NCBI GenBank assembly: GCA_004764695.1 | Contig: SMSO01000006.1 | Span: 139,859 to 203,858, forward strand | Source of the DNA: Schizochytrium sp. TIO01 | Taxonomy: Eukaryota > Protista > Bigyra: Labyrinthulomycetes | Reading direction: 5' to 3' | Length of the DNA stretch: 64,000 nucleotides | Shown here: positions 23,201 to 34,500 of the stretch, piece after piece | How positions within the stretch are numbered: position 1 is the stretch's first letter | Layout: each line of letters begins with the position of its first letter | Notes under the pieces: generated by a model | Database searches by the model: none | What the model was told of the DNA's origin: nothing | What the model saw: only the letters and a program-made list of their open reading frames with translations | Program-made: the position numbers and the translations under genes

Positions 23201-23364
23201 TAGATAGGAGGTTATAGCACGAATTAGGGCAGTCAATTTTTAAAAGTCTTCGGCGTCTTGGTAAGCAAATCTGTATCATGGGTGATTCAAGATGACCTAC
23301 AGAAGCAGAGTGGAGTTGGACTTTCAGCAGACACTGTTCTCAAAGTTTCGAATTGAATATCTGA

Positions 23365-24252
23365 ATGGAATTACATCCAGATAAATTGTCTTTGCGTAAT
23401 ACGCAAACCTCGTGGCTTGACATGCTTGCTCAGTGCTGTGGCGGAAGGCGAAAGTCTCTGACAGGCCCAAACCCTAAGGTCTTTACTCTATCAGAAAATC
23501 ATAATGCGAATCCCTCTTCTAAGATTGGGTTTTGCACATCGCATTCAGATCATTCGGTGGAGAAAATTCGAAATAGAGACGCAGTTCAATGTGGTATAAA
23601 TTCAACTCATCTATTCAATAAACTGCACAGCTATTGCGAGTCCAAATACACGCTGGATCTCCTTGGCGACATTCATCACGCACAACAAAGTAATTGCAAG
23701 CTGGAGACTCTTCTAGAAGGGCTTAGAAAGTCGTCCGCGGCCATGTCTATTCAACAATCTAAGCAGGAAAACGACAACCAGTCAAAACCAACAAACTCTA
23801 AAACACCACCTGATGCAACACAAGCAACATTAGCAAATACATCATTCTCTTCTAGCACCCCTCTGAATGCAACTAACGATGAAAAGCGTCAATTTTCGCC
23901 GGTAACAGTAAGAAGCTCATTTATTGTCCCTGCATCAAAAACAGTCCATGTTGAGAAGAAAAGCTCGTTTTTGCCAGAACTTTGCCCTACGGAAGAAGCT
24001 TCGCAAGCAGTCAAAGATCTCCCTCGTCTATATAACGCTCTTGAAACTGCGCGCAGATATCGTGACACAAATCTGGAGCAGGAACTCCTCGTTCAAGGAA
24101 TAGAACTATGCTATATGAGCTCCAAGTTCGATGAGGCTCTTGGTTTTGCTATGCGCGTTTTATTTTTAAGCGCTGACTCTACTTCAAAAGAATCAGTCGC
24201 TGCTGAGCGGTGGATCTCACAGATTAGTGCAGCCATGAATCAACGTGTATGA
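23365..24252 (+). CDS. Hypothetical protein with a C-terminal TPR-like helical segment
   Basis: 295-aa ATG ORF with an S/T-rich linker and C-terminal helices (EQELLVQGIELCYMSSKFDEALGFA). No family recognised. Confidence 0.6.
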   Translation: MELHPDKLSLRNTQTSWLDMLAQCCGGRRKSLTGPNPKVFTLSENHNANPSSKIGFCTSHSDHSVEKIRNRDAVQCGINSTHLFNKLHSYCESKYTLDLLGDIHHAQQSNCKLETLLEGLRKSSAAMSIQQSKQENDNQSKPTNSKTPPDATQATLANTSFSSSTPLNATNDEKRQFSPVTVRSSFIVPASKTVHVEKKSSFLPELCPTEEASQAVKDLPRLYNALETARRYRDTNLEQELLVQGIELCYMSSKFDEALGFAMRVLFLSADSTSKESVAAERWISQISAAMNQRV

Positions 24253-24816
24253 CGGTTTGCCTTAAACATAGCTTATAAATTCTAAAGTTGCAAAGAAGCT
24301 GTCATTTAGCAAGAGAACTACCCTATCTGAAAAAATATATAGCACGGTTTAAAGCAAGCAGGTGATTTACAAGTTGGAATATCTTGGACATTCAAAAACC
24401 ATGATTTAACAGTCTTCTATCTCATCATGGTAAACATCTGCACAATTGTGTATGAGTTGTGAAATATTTGAAATTGCGTGTTATAACTGACCATCAGAAA
24501 GCTGTTTTTCGTTTTTATTTTGTTTATTAATTAATACCTTAAAATTCAAGTTGTTTTTTAAAGTTTTTTTAAAGTTAAAAACAAACAAACAAAAAACGTG
24601 TTCTGGAAACAAATAAATGTATAAATTACACTTTCCTTCAAATCAAATTCCACGCACGTATGATATATACAGCAGAGGATGCATCCATTTCTCAGGCGTG
24701 AATAAGAGAATAGAGGTAATGCATGAATGGGACGCAAACTAGGTACACAGCTAGCACAGAGAAAGGTCTCTTGATCATTTTTATGAAGACATCTATTCTC
24801 AGCCTGATGCTATAAT

Positions 24817-26688
24817 TCACCTGAAAATCTGAATAGAATTATTTGTCTCATTTGCGACAGCAATTGTATTTGACTTCGGGCTAGCTGAAATCGACACTGG
24901 CGCATAATCTAAAGCTAGATTGAAGCTTTGAACTCTGTTGGAGATTTGATTCCATGAAGGAGTTTTGGTGGGGCTACCGGGCTGACCAAAATCAAAAATT
25001 TGCACAGAATGTATACCTGGAAAGGCAGCACATACGATTCGGGAATCTTTGGAGTTAAGAGAAGCAAGACAACCACCACGTGCTGACTGGCCGCTTAGAA
25101 CAGTGCTTGTTGCATCTTCTACAACATAGTCCTCGAAACGAGTTTGCCAGGCTGTGCGCTCACTACTATGGTGAGGACGCCGACATTGCACAGCTTCTAC
25201 AATGGATCCACTGATGGGGTTTACGACACAAATGGCGCCAGACTGTTGTTGAAGAATAACCTCGAATCGATCAGAATCTGGTGAGGCATGCATTGAAACT
25301 ATGCCGTTTAAAACTTTTTGGCCACGGGTCTGAGGTGTAAGCTGAGTATATGCCAGCTCTCCTTTGTATGGAAACGCCCATTGGTGCTGTAAGCTAGGCT
25401 GTTTTCGAGATGAAAACGTCGGCGTATGCATCTTTCTCAAATCATAGACAAGCATGTACCCATTCATGGTTGACGCGGCGATGTGGTATCCATCAGGTGC
25501 GCAACAGACGCCAGTCACCGTTGAGGATCCCAAAGCGGAAGATTGGGTAGATTTTCCAAGTAGCTGCGCATTCCATTGGTCAACGTTTCTCCCGCGTGGG
25601 TCCCATGCCACAATTCTACCATCGTATGAACCTGCAAGAAGCAACTTTCCTTCAGCATTGAACTTCAGAGTAGAAATCGACTTACACGCGGTAGATGCAA
25701 ATTGCCGTGATTTTCCATCGGCACGCGATACATCAAAGTAACTCACCCGAGGAGATCCGCGGCCTCCAACAGCTACTTTGGAGGTCTTTGCGGGATCCCA
25801 GGCGATAGCATGCAACACAGAATTGCCTTCAATTCGCTTCCATACAGTTTGGGTTTTTGAGCGAACTTTGTTTAAATCATAAAAGAAGTCTTCTGGAGTT
25901 TCGCCTGCATCAATTTTTTTCTGTCGAAGCCGGCTAACCATAGCTCGGACTTGATTTCCGCGTTGCGCGGAGCCGCTCAGAACACGGCGCATCGAGAAGA
26001 CAGAAACACTACCATCTGAAGCCGCTGTCGCCAGGAGGTCCCCAAGCGAGTGAAATTCCATAGCATTTACTCGACCCGTTACTCGAGGCACACAATGCAT
26101 TTCACCATTAACAATGATTCTTTTCTGTTGCAAAAGGGTGATAGGGAGCGGCCTGATTCTTGAAATCGCAAATCTGCGCATTTGAGTTCCATAGACCGCT
26201 GGGATTCGGAGATGCCCGCCACTAATTTCCCGCTGTAGAACACATTGAGCAACATTGGCAGAGAGGTGGTCGCAAACTAGCCCATCAAATCTACTACTCT
26301 TTCGTCGAGCGAGCCGTGCCTCACGTTTGTGCTGCTCTCCTACAAAATGTCTTACTAGGTCCGCGCCTTGGTTCTTAGTAGGGGGCAATAACTTCTGAAA
26401 CAGAGCCTTCTTGGTTGATATCACTTTTGTAGATGAATCAGATGGCTCCATGCGTGCCATCACTCGCTTGTTACCTGATAATGCAACGCCATGTTCGCCC
26501 TCAACCTCTGCGCTGTTGCTCCATTTCGTTACAAAGCTCTCATCGATGCGTGTCTGCCTCTCATAAGTGAGTCTTCCGCCGTCGTTAGGTTGCCGATGCT
26601 CCTGTTGTACCCGCTGCTTGAACTCGGAGATATTCCCAGCATCATACTCAAGTTTCCTACGTTTCTTCAAGATAGAGAGGGAGCTCAT
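24817..26688 (-). CDS. WD40-repeat protein
   Basis: Repeats VNAMEFHSLGDLLATAASDGSVSVF, ISTLKFNAEGKLLLAGSYDGRIVAWD and IAASTMNGYMLVYDLR. Basic N-terminal KKRRK is a possible NLS. Confidence 0.88.
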   Translation of the reverse strand: MSSLSILKKRRKLEYDAGNISEFKQRVQQEHRQPNDGGRLTYERQTRIDESFVTKWSNSAEVEGEHGVALSGNKRVMARMEPSDSSTKVISTKKALFQKLLPPTKNQGADLVRHFVGEQHKREARLARRKSSRFDGLVCDHLSANVAQCVLQREISGGHLRIPAVYGTQMRRFAISRIRPLPITLLQQKRIIVNGEMHCVPRVTGRVNAMEFHSLGDLLATAASDGSVSVFSMRRVLSGSAQRGNQVRAMVSRLRQKKIDAGETPEDFFYDLNKVRSKTQTVWKRIEGNSVLHAIAWDPAKTSKVAVGGRGSPRVSYFDVSRADGKSRQFASTACKSISTLKFNAEGKLLLAGSYDGRIVAWDPRGRNVDQWNAQLLGKSTQSSALGSSTVTGVCCAPDGYHIAASTMNGYMLVYDLRKMHTPTFSSRKQPSLQHQWAFPYKGELAYTQLTPQTRGQKVLNGIVSMHASPDSDRFEVILQQQSGAICVVNPISGSIVEAVQCRRPHHSSERTAWQTRFEDYVVEDATSTVLSGQSARGGCLASLNSKDSRIVCAAFPGIHSVQIFDFGQPGSPTKTPSWNQISNRVQSFNLALDYAPVSISASPKSNTIAVANETNNSIQIFR

Positions 26689-26849
26689 CTTGAAGTCTTC
26701 GCGGCTGTCTGTGTGGAACAGGTGGAGGACCTTGCGATAAGGTATTTAGTGTTTGTTGAGACTGACATTTGTGCTTATTATTATTGTTACTATTCTATTT
26801 TTCTCTGTCATTTTTGTTAACTCAAGTTTTTTCCCATCATCATACTTGA

Positions 26850-27300
26850 AAGCTCTAGTAGTACCTAAAACCTATTTAGTAGATCTAGCATCGCTTTGTA
26901 ATTCTAGATGGTAATAGTGCTACTTCGTATATGTAGAGCTAGGGGTGCTTCAAGCATAACCTTCAGAGACGTAAAATCTTCAAACCTATGAAAAATGTCT
27001 ATATTTAATTCATAAATAATTTATGTTTTGTTTAGAGCTGAATTTGGAACGCATATTTTCTTCAAAATAATTCTAAATCCTTACTCTTACAACCTTTTTT
27101 TTTATTCTTTTGATTTTGATTTATTTTAAATGTAGAGTAGGCATTTTCGACGAAAGAAGAGGCCTTCCAGGTCTGAAAAGTATAGAAATCTCTCAAGTCA
27201 ATCGCTTGTATTAACTGGGGATTGCAATCAAAGTATGAAGCTACCAAGATTATACCAAACACTTTATTATTTGCAGACTTTGACGAACACGAGTGAGACC
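26850..27300 (+). pseudogene. Decayed LRR relic
   Basis: FVILDGN (26895-26915) and GLKSIEISQ (27170-27196). Confidence 0.35.
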
Positions 27301-27459
27301 AGGAAGCTCCTCAAGTAGTAGTCGTAGGACGTGGTGGGATAGTATGGCTTTTCGTTCAAGAAGACAAGTACCGGAATTTAATACCCTGTTCCATTCCTTC
27401 CTTTCTAGAACAGAATCAATTGCAACTGTATAACTATGAGTTTTTAGAACATAGAAACC

Positions 27460-30400
27460 TCACTCGTCCGGAGATACCTTTTTGTTGCCTCTCTTGCGCT
27501 TCCGGGCTTCGATCTTCTTGCGTTGGCGTTCCTTTTGGGCATCTAGTTCTTGTTTGAGTTGTTCCTGGGCAGACTGGTGTTCTTCTTTCAAACGCGTAAC
27601 CTTATGCTCTACAGAAGAAATCTTTTTGAAAACATTGGTGACCTTACTCGCGATTTCTTGTTGACGAGCTTCTGCTGCTGCTCGTTCTCGATTGGCCTTT
27701 TCCTCGGTTTGATGAAGGCGATCGCGAATTTTCGCGCGCCGCTGATCGAGATTTTTGAGAGCTGCATCTCGATTCTCCTGCTTCTTTGCCTCCAAGCGAG
27801 CCAGGGCTGTTTCATATTCTTCCTGAGAGGGTGCCTCTGCTCGCATTTTTTCTCTTTCTTCCTCAAAATCACACTCGAGCTTAGTTAGAGCCTCTTCAAC
27901 CAGTGGCGAGGTAGTACCAACTGCACTTTCCTGCTTTGCATCATCAATGACCATGGCAATTCGTTGTTTACGGCGTTCTGCAAATTTATTACGATGCTCC
28001 TCGCGCCTGTCGACAAGATTAGAGTGCATGCTGGCCAGAGCTGCATGGTATTCTCCTTTAATTTCTTCCCGAGGATCATCCAAAGTCTCACGCAATGCTC
28101 CTTTTTTCTGTAGCTGAGTTATCATGTGTGAAAACTCCTCACGGTCAGCTACATTTGAAAACCTTTTTTCAAATGATTTGAGCAATGCAATGTCACTACT
28201 TCCAACAATTTCTCCGGAGCGAACTCGTATGCGTTGCAAGAGTGCCACTGTTTTCGCAATTGTTTTGAGTTGCTCAAGATTGCGACAAAGATCTTCTTCA
28301 GGTAACTTGCCAGTGTATTGTTCTCGCAACCTCTCTAAGTCAGACTTTACATTTTTGATAAGCTCTTCTTCTAGAAGAACCTCCTCCGACTCAAGTGCAC
28401 TTGCTGCCTCTGGATCAAGCTCACGCAATTCTTCTTTTTCAACCTCGTCAATTTGTTGTCTAGCTTCTTCAGCTTCTTCCTCAAGTGCTTCTTTTTCTCT
28501 GCCAAGTCGTTCCTTTTCAGAGAGTAGTTCTTTCTCTTGATCTTCAATGTGCTTCACTTTCTCAGCAAGTTCGATTTCACGAGCTTCTAAGGAAGCTGCT
28601 TTTCTGTCTACGTCAGCTTGCTGCCTATGTAGGTACTTTTCTTGTGCATGCAAACGCTTTATTTTTATTCGAATTGCAATGCCTACCGCAATACAGACAA
28701 CTACAAGCGAGCACGAAAGGCCGATTATGAGATTCAAATTTGAGCTTGTTGTCAGACCCCGCAAAGTTGTGAACGAAGAAGTGTCAATTTGCACGTACGA
28801 GACAGCGCTGCAGCTATCTGTTGCATTTACAAGCCCCGCTGCAAACATTTGTTGTGCAAGAGGGTAGAGAAACAAAATGTCACTAAGACGGCTAGCAACA
28901 AGCGGCTGCAATGCGCTGGTCATACGAACTTCAAAGTCAATTTCCACCCCCCAGGCTCCGTTGTCTGCTGATGTAGCGTCCACCTCGAGCACCTGGACGT
29001 TGGCAATCGTGAACTCGGTTTGCAAATCACTATTCAAAGCTTGCATCACGGCTACTCTGAACAAATATACATCAAAAGTCTCTTCAGTTGCACCCAATAG
29101 AATGATACGTGTGCGTAGATATACAAGATTTGAGTCTGTTGGCGGAAGAACCTCCTCCTTCACGACGCCGAAGTCTAAGACAAGCTCTGGACTTGGCCCT
29201 TTACCTTGGCCAATGGCACGGAGACGCAAGATGTGTCTCCCTGGTCGTGTTATGCTAAGCCACTTTCCACTAGGTACTAGTTTCACGAGGCCTTGATCAT
29301 AGTTTGCAAGACTTGGAGCCGCAGCGCATGTTGTTGTGCATGAGCTGGATACATCCGCTTTATGTGAAAGAAGGATCGTGGCTCCTGATCCCGCTTCAAG
29401 TTTGATGTCCAAAGGAAGGGCCCACTGTCCACTCGTAATTTCCTCAGTAGCATCACCAAACGTAGCAGTAGGTGTTGGCCAGTGAGTTGTCTCAGCGCTG
29501 GAGTATGAACTTTCGATCATAGGCAAGAAACATTCAAAGGTAATCTGGCCATCACTGTTCTGGTCAACAGCATCCCAGGTTCCTCCATTTCGCTCACATG
29601 ATTGGCGTGACGTAAAAACACAAGTTGGGTCGCTGTCATTGCTAGATCCAGATCCTTGCGAAGCATATGTACCGCCCTTAGCCTCACAAAGCTTCTGAAA
29701 ATCTTCATCATCCAAGTATTCGTCTTCCCAGAAGAATTCATACGAATCAGACGAATAATCATCACTTTCATCGCGAGAACCCCAGCATGGATACGAGAAT
29801 TTGGTGTTTGTATCAGGGTCCTTAACTTGCAAAGGGTTTTCTCCCGGTTCGAAGCTTACAAAAACAGGTTCTCCTTCCCATTGCTTCAAATAATTACGGC
29901 TGAAGTACTGGTATGAAGTCTCCTCAGCTCCAATTATGGCATCACAATCAACAGGTTGGCTAGTATTGTCCCCTGAATTTTTCAGTTGTTTGAACACACG
30001 TGAGCAAGTACTCCAGATTTCTTCACACTCAGAAGTGCAGAGCCTTTGCGGAGCTTCTTGACCAGCTTCGTTGTCAATATAGCATGGAGGTAGAGCTGTC
30101 TCGCATAGTCTCTGCTTCCATCGTCTACGACATGCGTTGTCAGGCTCATTTTCTGTGGCATTGCGAACTATATTGAGGCCAGGTCTTATGGCTTGTACCT
30201 GTTCCGCTTGTGTGAGTGACCCATACACCCAAACGAAGTCTACGTCCATGACATCATCACACGCTGTGCCTTCCACACGCCTTTCACAACGACCCCAATC
30301 ATGTGATGTTTGTGTAGGTGCTGCATTTGCCACTATGTAAAATCGTTCATCATCCAGGTGCAACAGGAGCATGAGAAATACAAACGCTATAAAGCGTGCA

Positions 30401-30462
30401 TGTACTCTGTACGAAGGTTTGTTCGTTTGGTGAGACTGGGACAAGTTGCTGTTTGTCATCAT
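27460..30462 (-). CDS. Single-pass membrane receptor-like protein: N-terminal hydrophobic segment, Frizzled-type cysteine-rich domain, two CxxxGGx(W/Y) mini-repeats, Fn3/chitobiase-C-like and SEA-like modules, TM helix, long cytosolic coiled coil
   Basis: Ten-Cys CRD pattern including CRRRWKQRLCETALPPC and LCTSECEEIWSTC. TM LIIGLSCSLVVVCIAVGIAI (about 28731-28672) is followed by basic residues and a roughly 400-aa E/K/R-rich tail. Confidence 0.8.
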   Translation of the reverse strand: MMTNSNLSQSHQTNKPSYRVHARFIAFVFLMLLLHLDDERFYIVANAAPTQTSHDWGRCERRVEGTACDDVMDVDFVWVYGSLTQAEQVQAIRPGLNIVRNATENEPDNACRRRWKQRLCETALPPCYIDNEAGQEAPQRLCTSECEEIWSTCSRVFKQLKNSGDNTSQPVDCDAIIGAEETSYQYFSRNYLKQWEGEPVFVSFEPGENPLQVKDPDTNTKFSYPCWGSRDESDDYSSDSYEFFWEDEYLDDEDFQKLCEAKGGTYASQGSGSSNDSDPTCVFTSRQSCERNGGTWDAVDQNSDGQITFECFLPMIESSYSSAETTHWPTPTATFGDATEEITSGQWALPLDIKLEAGSGATILLSHKADVSSSCTTTCAAAPSLANYDQGLVKLVPSGKWLSITRPGRHILRLRAIGQGKGPSPELVLDFGVVKEEVLPPTDSNLVYLRTRIILLGATEETFDVYLFRVAVMQALNSDLQTEFTIANVQVLEVDATSADNGAWGVEIDFEVRMTSALQPLVASRLSDILFLYPLAQQMFAAGLVNATDSCSAVSYVQIDTSSFTTLRGLTTSSNLNLIIGLSCSLVVVCIAVGIAIRIKIKRLHAQEKYLHRQQADVDRKAASLEAREIELAEKVKHIEDQEKELLSEKERLGREKEALEEEAEEARQQIDEVEKEELRELDPEAASALESEEVLLEEELIKNVKSDLERLREQYTGKLPEEDLCRNLEQLKTIAKTVALLQRIRVRSGEIVGSSDIALLKSFEKRFSNVADREEFSHMITQLQKKGALRETLDDPREEIKGEYHAALASMHSNLVDRREEHRNKFAERRKQRIAMVIDDAKQESAVGTTSPLVEEALTKLECDFEEEREKMRAEAPSQEEYETALARLEAKKQENRDAALKNLDQRRAKIRDRLHQTEEKANRERAAAEARQQEIASKVTNVFKKISSVEHKVTRLKEEHQSAQEQLKQELDAQKERQRKKIEARKRKRGNKKVSPDE

Positions 30463-30939
30463 AGCTTACTTCCGACGAGACTTTGCAGTAATCTTGAACG
30501 CTCTCACTATTGTGGACTGCCTCTCAGCTATGAGGAGTCGAAAACTGAATGTGCGGCTTGTCCTACAGTTGCGCATACCGGATCAGAGTCTCGACTTTGG
30601 ATTTGCTTCGGAAAGTTGGCTTTTCACGAACGTAATTAGGAGCATTGGAGCTCACTCAACGCGCAAAAACCTTCCAATAAAAAACGAAACAGAAACAAGC
30701 CTACATGATAGACCTAGTACCACCGTAGTACTCCTGCCCGTTCCGATAGTGAAAAGATTATACCAGTGGGGGGGGGGGGGCTAATAACAATAGTATCGAA
30801 ATGCTCGAACGAGCGGAATTCAAGTTGTTTTTTAATTAAAGAGAGAAAAAAGTTTAGTTTTCAGTTTTATATTACTATAACATTTTTAAAATTAAACAAT
30901 CAATTTTAAAATTACATTTAAAAAAATAAAAAACATCGA

Positions 30940-31445
30940 TTGGTGATGTAATCATTCTGCAAGGTAGACGTACGTGAGTGTTTCTAGGTTTGGGGATGCA
31001 AGTCCTGTTTAGAAACTATGAATGCGGGAGAACTGAAAATGTGGAACAGGGTATAGTTCATCTCTCTTTTCGAAGATGTCGTGACGGTAGACTTCATTTT
31101 CTACTTTCTACTCCTCTGTAGACTTGGAGGACTGTGCCTATGGACCATATAGATGATATATTATCATTGTTTAGGTCTTTGTTAAGAGGTGAAGGTAAGA
31201 TAAGAAAATGGAATGGACAAGGAACCACCAAGCTCCAAACACTACAAGTGAAGCAAATCTTCAATACAAGCCAACAAAGGACTTCAACGAGAAGTTTTGC
31301 GTCTCAGCAAGTGCCCTTCGAGCGCTTCCCAGGAGGCAATCACGGATACGCAAGTGGGGATGTTGAGGCATCTATGGCTGTGATACCGGCTGCCGCGAGC
31401 AACGCAGCACTAGAAGAGAGGAAATACAATAGCATGCTATAATAC
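30940..31445 (+). pseudogene. Decayed RI-like LRR relic
   Basis: KVDVRECF*VWGCKS (from 30961), QGIVHLSFRRC (31047-31079), and TKLQTLQV plus GGNH...GDVEASMA...AASNAALEE in ORF 31134-31442. Confidence 0.5.
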
Positions 31446-31517
31446 CCAGAAAACAAATCAAGATATTTATTTTGTGCTTCCTTTTTTGTTTAATTTCAGA
31501 TGTTGACTTTTTTTCAA

Positions 31518-34500
31518 TCAAGGGAGGTTGACTTTGAAACATCCTACACCAGAGTTGTGAAATGCAACCACAAAATCTACTTGTCTTCTACGTTGTGATC
31601 TCTGTTTCTGGCAGCTCTTCCGCCCAAATTCTTCAATAATAAGTGCACAATTTGCTTGCCCCAAGTATGGAGATGCGTCGATGTGTCCAAGAGAGGCTAG
31701 GGATGTCGCAAGCATCACAGGCTCATTATCTACAGCGCATGACCATACTTCGAACGAACCATCGAACAAAGTGGTAACAAAGACTGACTGGTCAAATTTT
31801 ACCGCAATAGATGTATAGCCTGCATGTGCAATACGGAGTGTCCTTGGTTCACAGGGGGCATCATTCAGCAACCACCAGAAAAGTTCACCATTCATTGCAC
31901 CGCTTACAGCATTTCCATCGGGGAGGAAGCCTATAGACAAAACCCAATCATTATGGCCCTTAAGCACTTGAACCTTTTCCAATTTCTCAAGATCCCATAG
32001 AATGACTTGCCGATCTTGTGAAGAGCTCAAGAGCCACTGTGCATCGCTGGAGACAACTAAGCTTCGCACAGCGCCAAGATGACCTTTAAGCTCTGCAACC
32101 AATTGTTGATCAAGTAACGAAGTAATTCGGATGGACCAATCCTCACCAGCAGTTACGGCGAAATGATCCTTGAACACAACTACATCGTTAATCCAGTCAT
32201 CGTGCACCTTAATGGTGTAAGAAGGATTGTTTCGCAATTTACCTCCCTTAACTTCACAAACTTCCTGAACAACCAAATAGCCATCTTGTGCTGCCACTAC
32301 AACGCCAGAATTGCTAAAACAAGGCGCGATGCCTGTAATGGAAGCACGTCTTTTGACAATAGGACTACAGTCAGTGCCAATGCTTTCGCTCGCAATACTT
32401 ACTGTACCATCTGTCCATCCTAACAGCAACATGTTAGCAGCTTGGGTCATACAGGTGGCTCGATATTCGGCAACACCCTCCGCACGAAAAGCAAGGCTAA
32501 CTGCCCATTTACTCATGAGAGAATGTCCTAACTGAGGTGCCCTATGGCTCACCTCGGAGTTCCGTGACTGAGTATATCCCAAATCTCCATCTGTCAAAAC
32601 CTCAGGTGAATTCCATGTCGCAGGACTTAGGTCCCAAACACACACAGTGTTATCGAATGAGCAAGTTACCATACTTTGTAACGAGCAAGAGAGAGCCATT
32701 GTTCGACATGTTCGTGCATGCGCATCGAATATGCGCAATGTTGAGCCAGAGTCAAGGTCCCAGGCGCGGCAGGTGTTGTCATCACTTGATGAGAACAAAA
32801 TCAAACGTTCGCTGTCTTCAGTCGGTAGTCCATTCGTGTGAACCTCATAACTGCCAATCAAATCGCTAAGTGTGTGAATTGTTAAGCCTCGCAAGTCTCC
32901 TGAATGACCTGCAAAGACCCGCACATGGCTTCCATCCCCAAGATCCCAAAGGTGAACACACATATCTTCGCAAGCAGCCGCAATAAGACGCTGCGATTGT
33001 CCCAAAGGTCGGAAAATATGAAGTCCATTGTAAGGTTTGGAGCCCATACCTAAAACATGTAAAAGTTCAAAACTTTTGGGCTCCCATACATTTGACGTTT
33101 CCCAAACACGAACATCGTTGTTGGAGCCTGCAGCTACAATCAAGGGCGCCTTGGTAAATGATGGCTCGCATTCCTCATCAACATATGAAGCATCAACTGA
33201 GTTTACACCACTGATGCAATCTGTAAGGGTATGGAGAAGTTCATGCTGTTCACACGGCAAAGTTGCATCTCCTTGAAAATGCCCTGATATACTTGGAATA
33301 TGCCAAACCTTGACATCGGTAGCTTTTGAGCCGCTAACAATCAAGGGCAACGGGTGCCTTGTATTCTCATCATCATTAATGCCAAGGCGAATAGGACATA
33401 CTTGGTAAACCCAGTGTTTGTGTGCGTTCTGAATGTCTTCAATCATCACACCAGAATGTGCGTTCCAGACACGAATCATGCCACCGTAAAATCCAGAAAC
33501 GATAAAGTTCGACGCCGAGCCCACAGGACGGTGAACAGCTAGGCGCGTGACACCGCCAATATCAGGACCGGAATTTTTATTCAAGGTTTGAACAAGGCGA
33601 CCGGTTCTAAATTCCCAAATACGCAGCTCCCCATCGGCGGCTCCAGTCACAAAGTGCTCAGCGTCAACTGTGCGCACAAAATAAGGATTTTTATGGTGAA
33701 CAGTAAAGGAAAGCATGAGGTCTCCATCGCCTGGCGTGAGATATGGCTGGTAGCTCATAATCGAGCCTAACGCTTCCTCTCGCAATGATGCAACCGTCTT
33801 AAGAAGTCTCTGGAGGTAAGCAGCCTCCTTTGAAGAGTCCGCCAATCGATTCCATAACTGCTCGACAAGACATCCCGCATACCTGATAACCGATGGAAGT
33901 GAGAGAAGTAGACACCGACAAAGAACATGAAGCTGCTGACGTATATCGGCACCAAAAATAGGGTCATCTTTAGCCAGAACTAATTGGTCAATCACATCTG
34001 CTAACATGCTGCCATGAGCTGCTGCACTTAAAAATGAGAAGTCAAAAACTAATTCAGGTAAGTTCTGACGAACTTGTGGAGGCGAGTGTCTTGTTTGATA
34101 GATGAGTTCTCTCAGCACACGAATATTCGGGCGTCCATCTCCGATCCAGGGGGGTTGTGAGAGTGTCATACGGTCTGCTGAAAGCAAAATAGTTTGTTGT
34201 CCTACAGGGTGACTGAGCGTGTATTCACTGGCTATGCTTTGGTTGCCAAAATATTCCGCAAGCTCTGCGTGACGAGGTGCGTATCGATGCAAGGCCTGTT
34301 CGTAAAATTGACGATGAAACCACGCCTTTGTGTTACCTGCCTTGCGCACAAGAAATGGTTCGAGGTCCGCTAGCAAGCGCGTTACAACGAGAGGTGGGAT
34401 CCGAGGTACAGGGGGTACCCACCATTGAAACGTCACGTCAAGAACACGGTCATCCAAAGATAGAAGATCTTCGAGTTCTGGTTGGGAAAGTCCATCTCGT

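Noticed and set aside
30768-30780. G13 homopolymer
   Set aside because: Isolated run, length unreliable, no supporting context.
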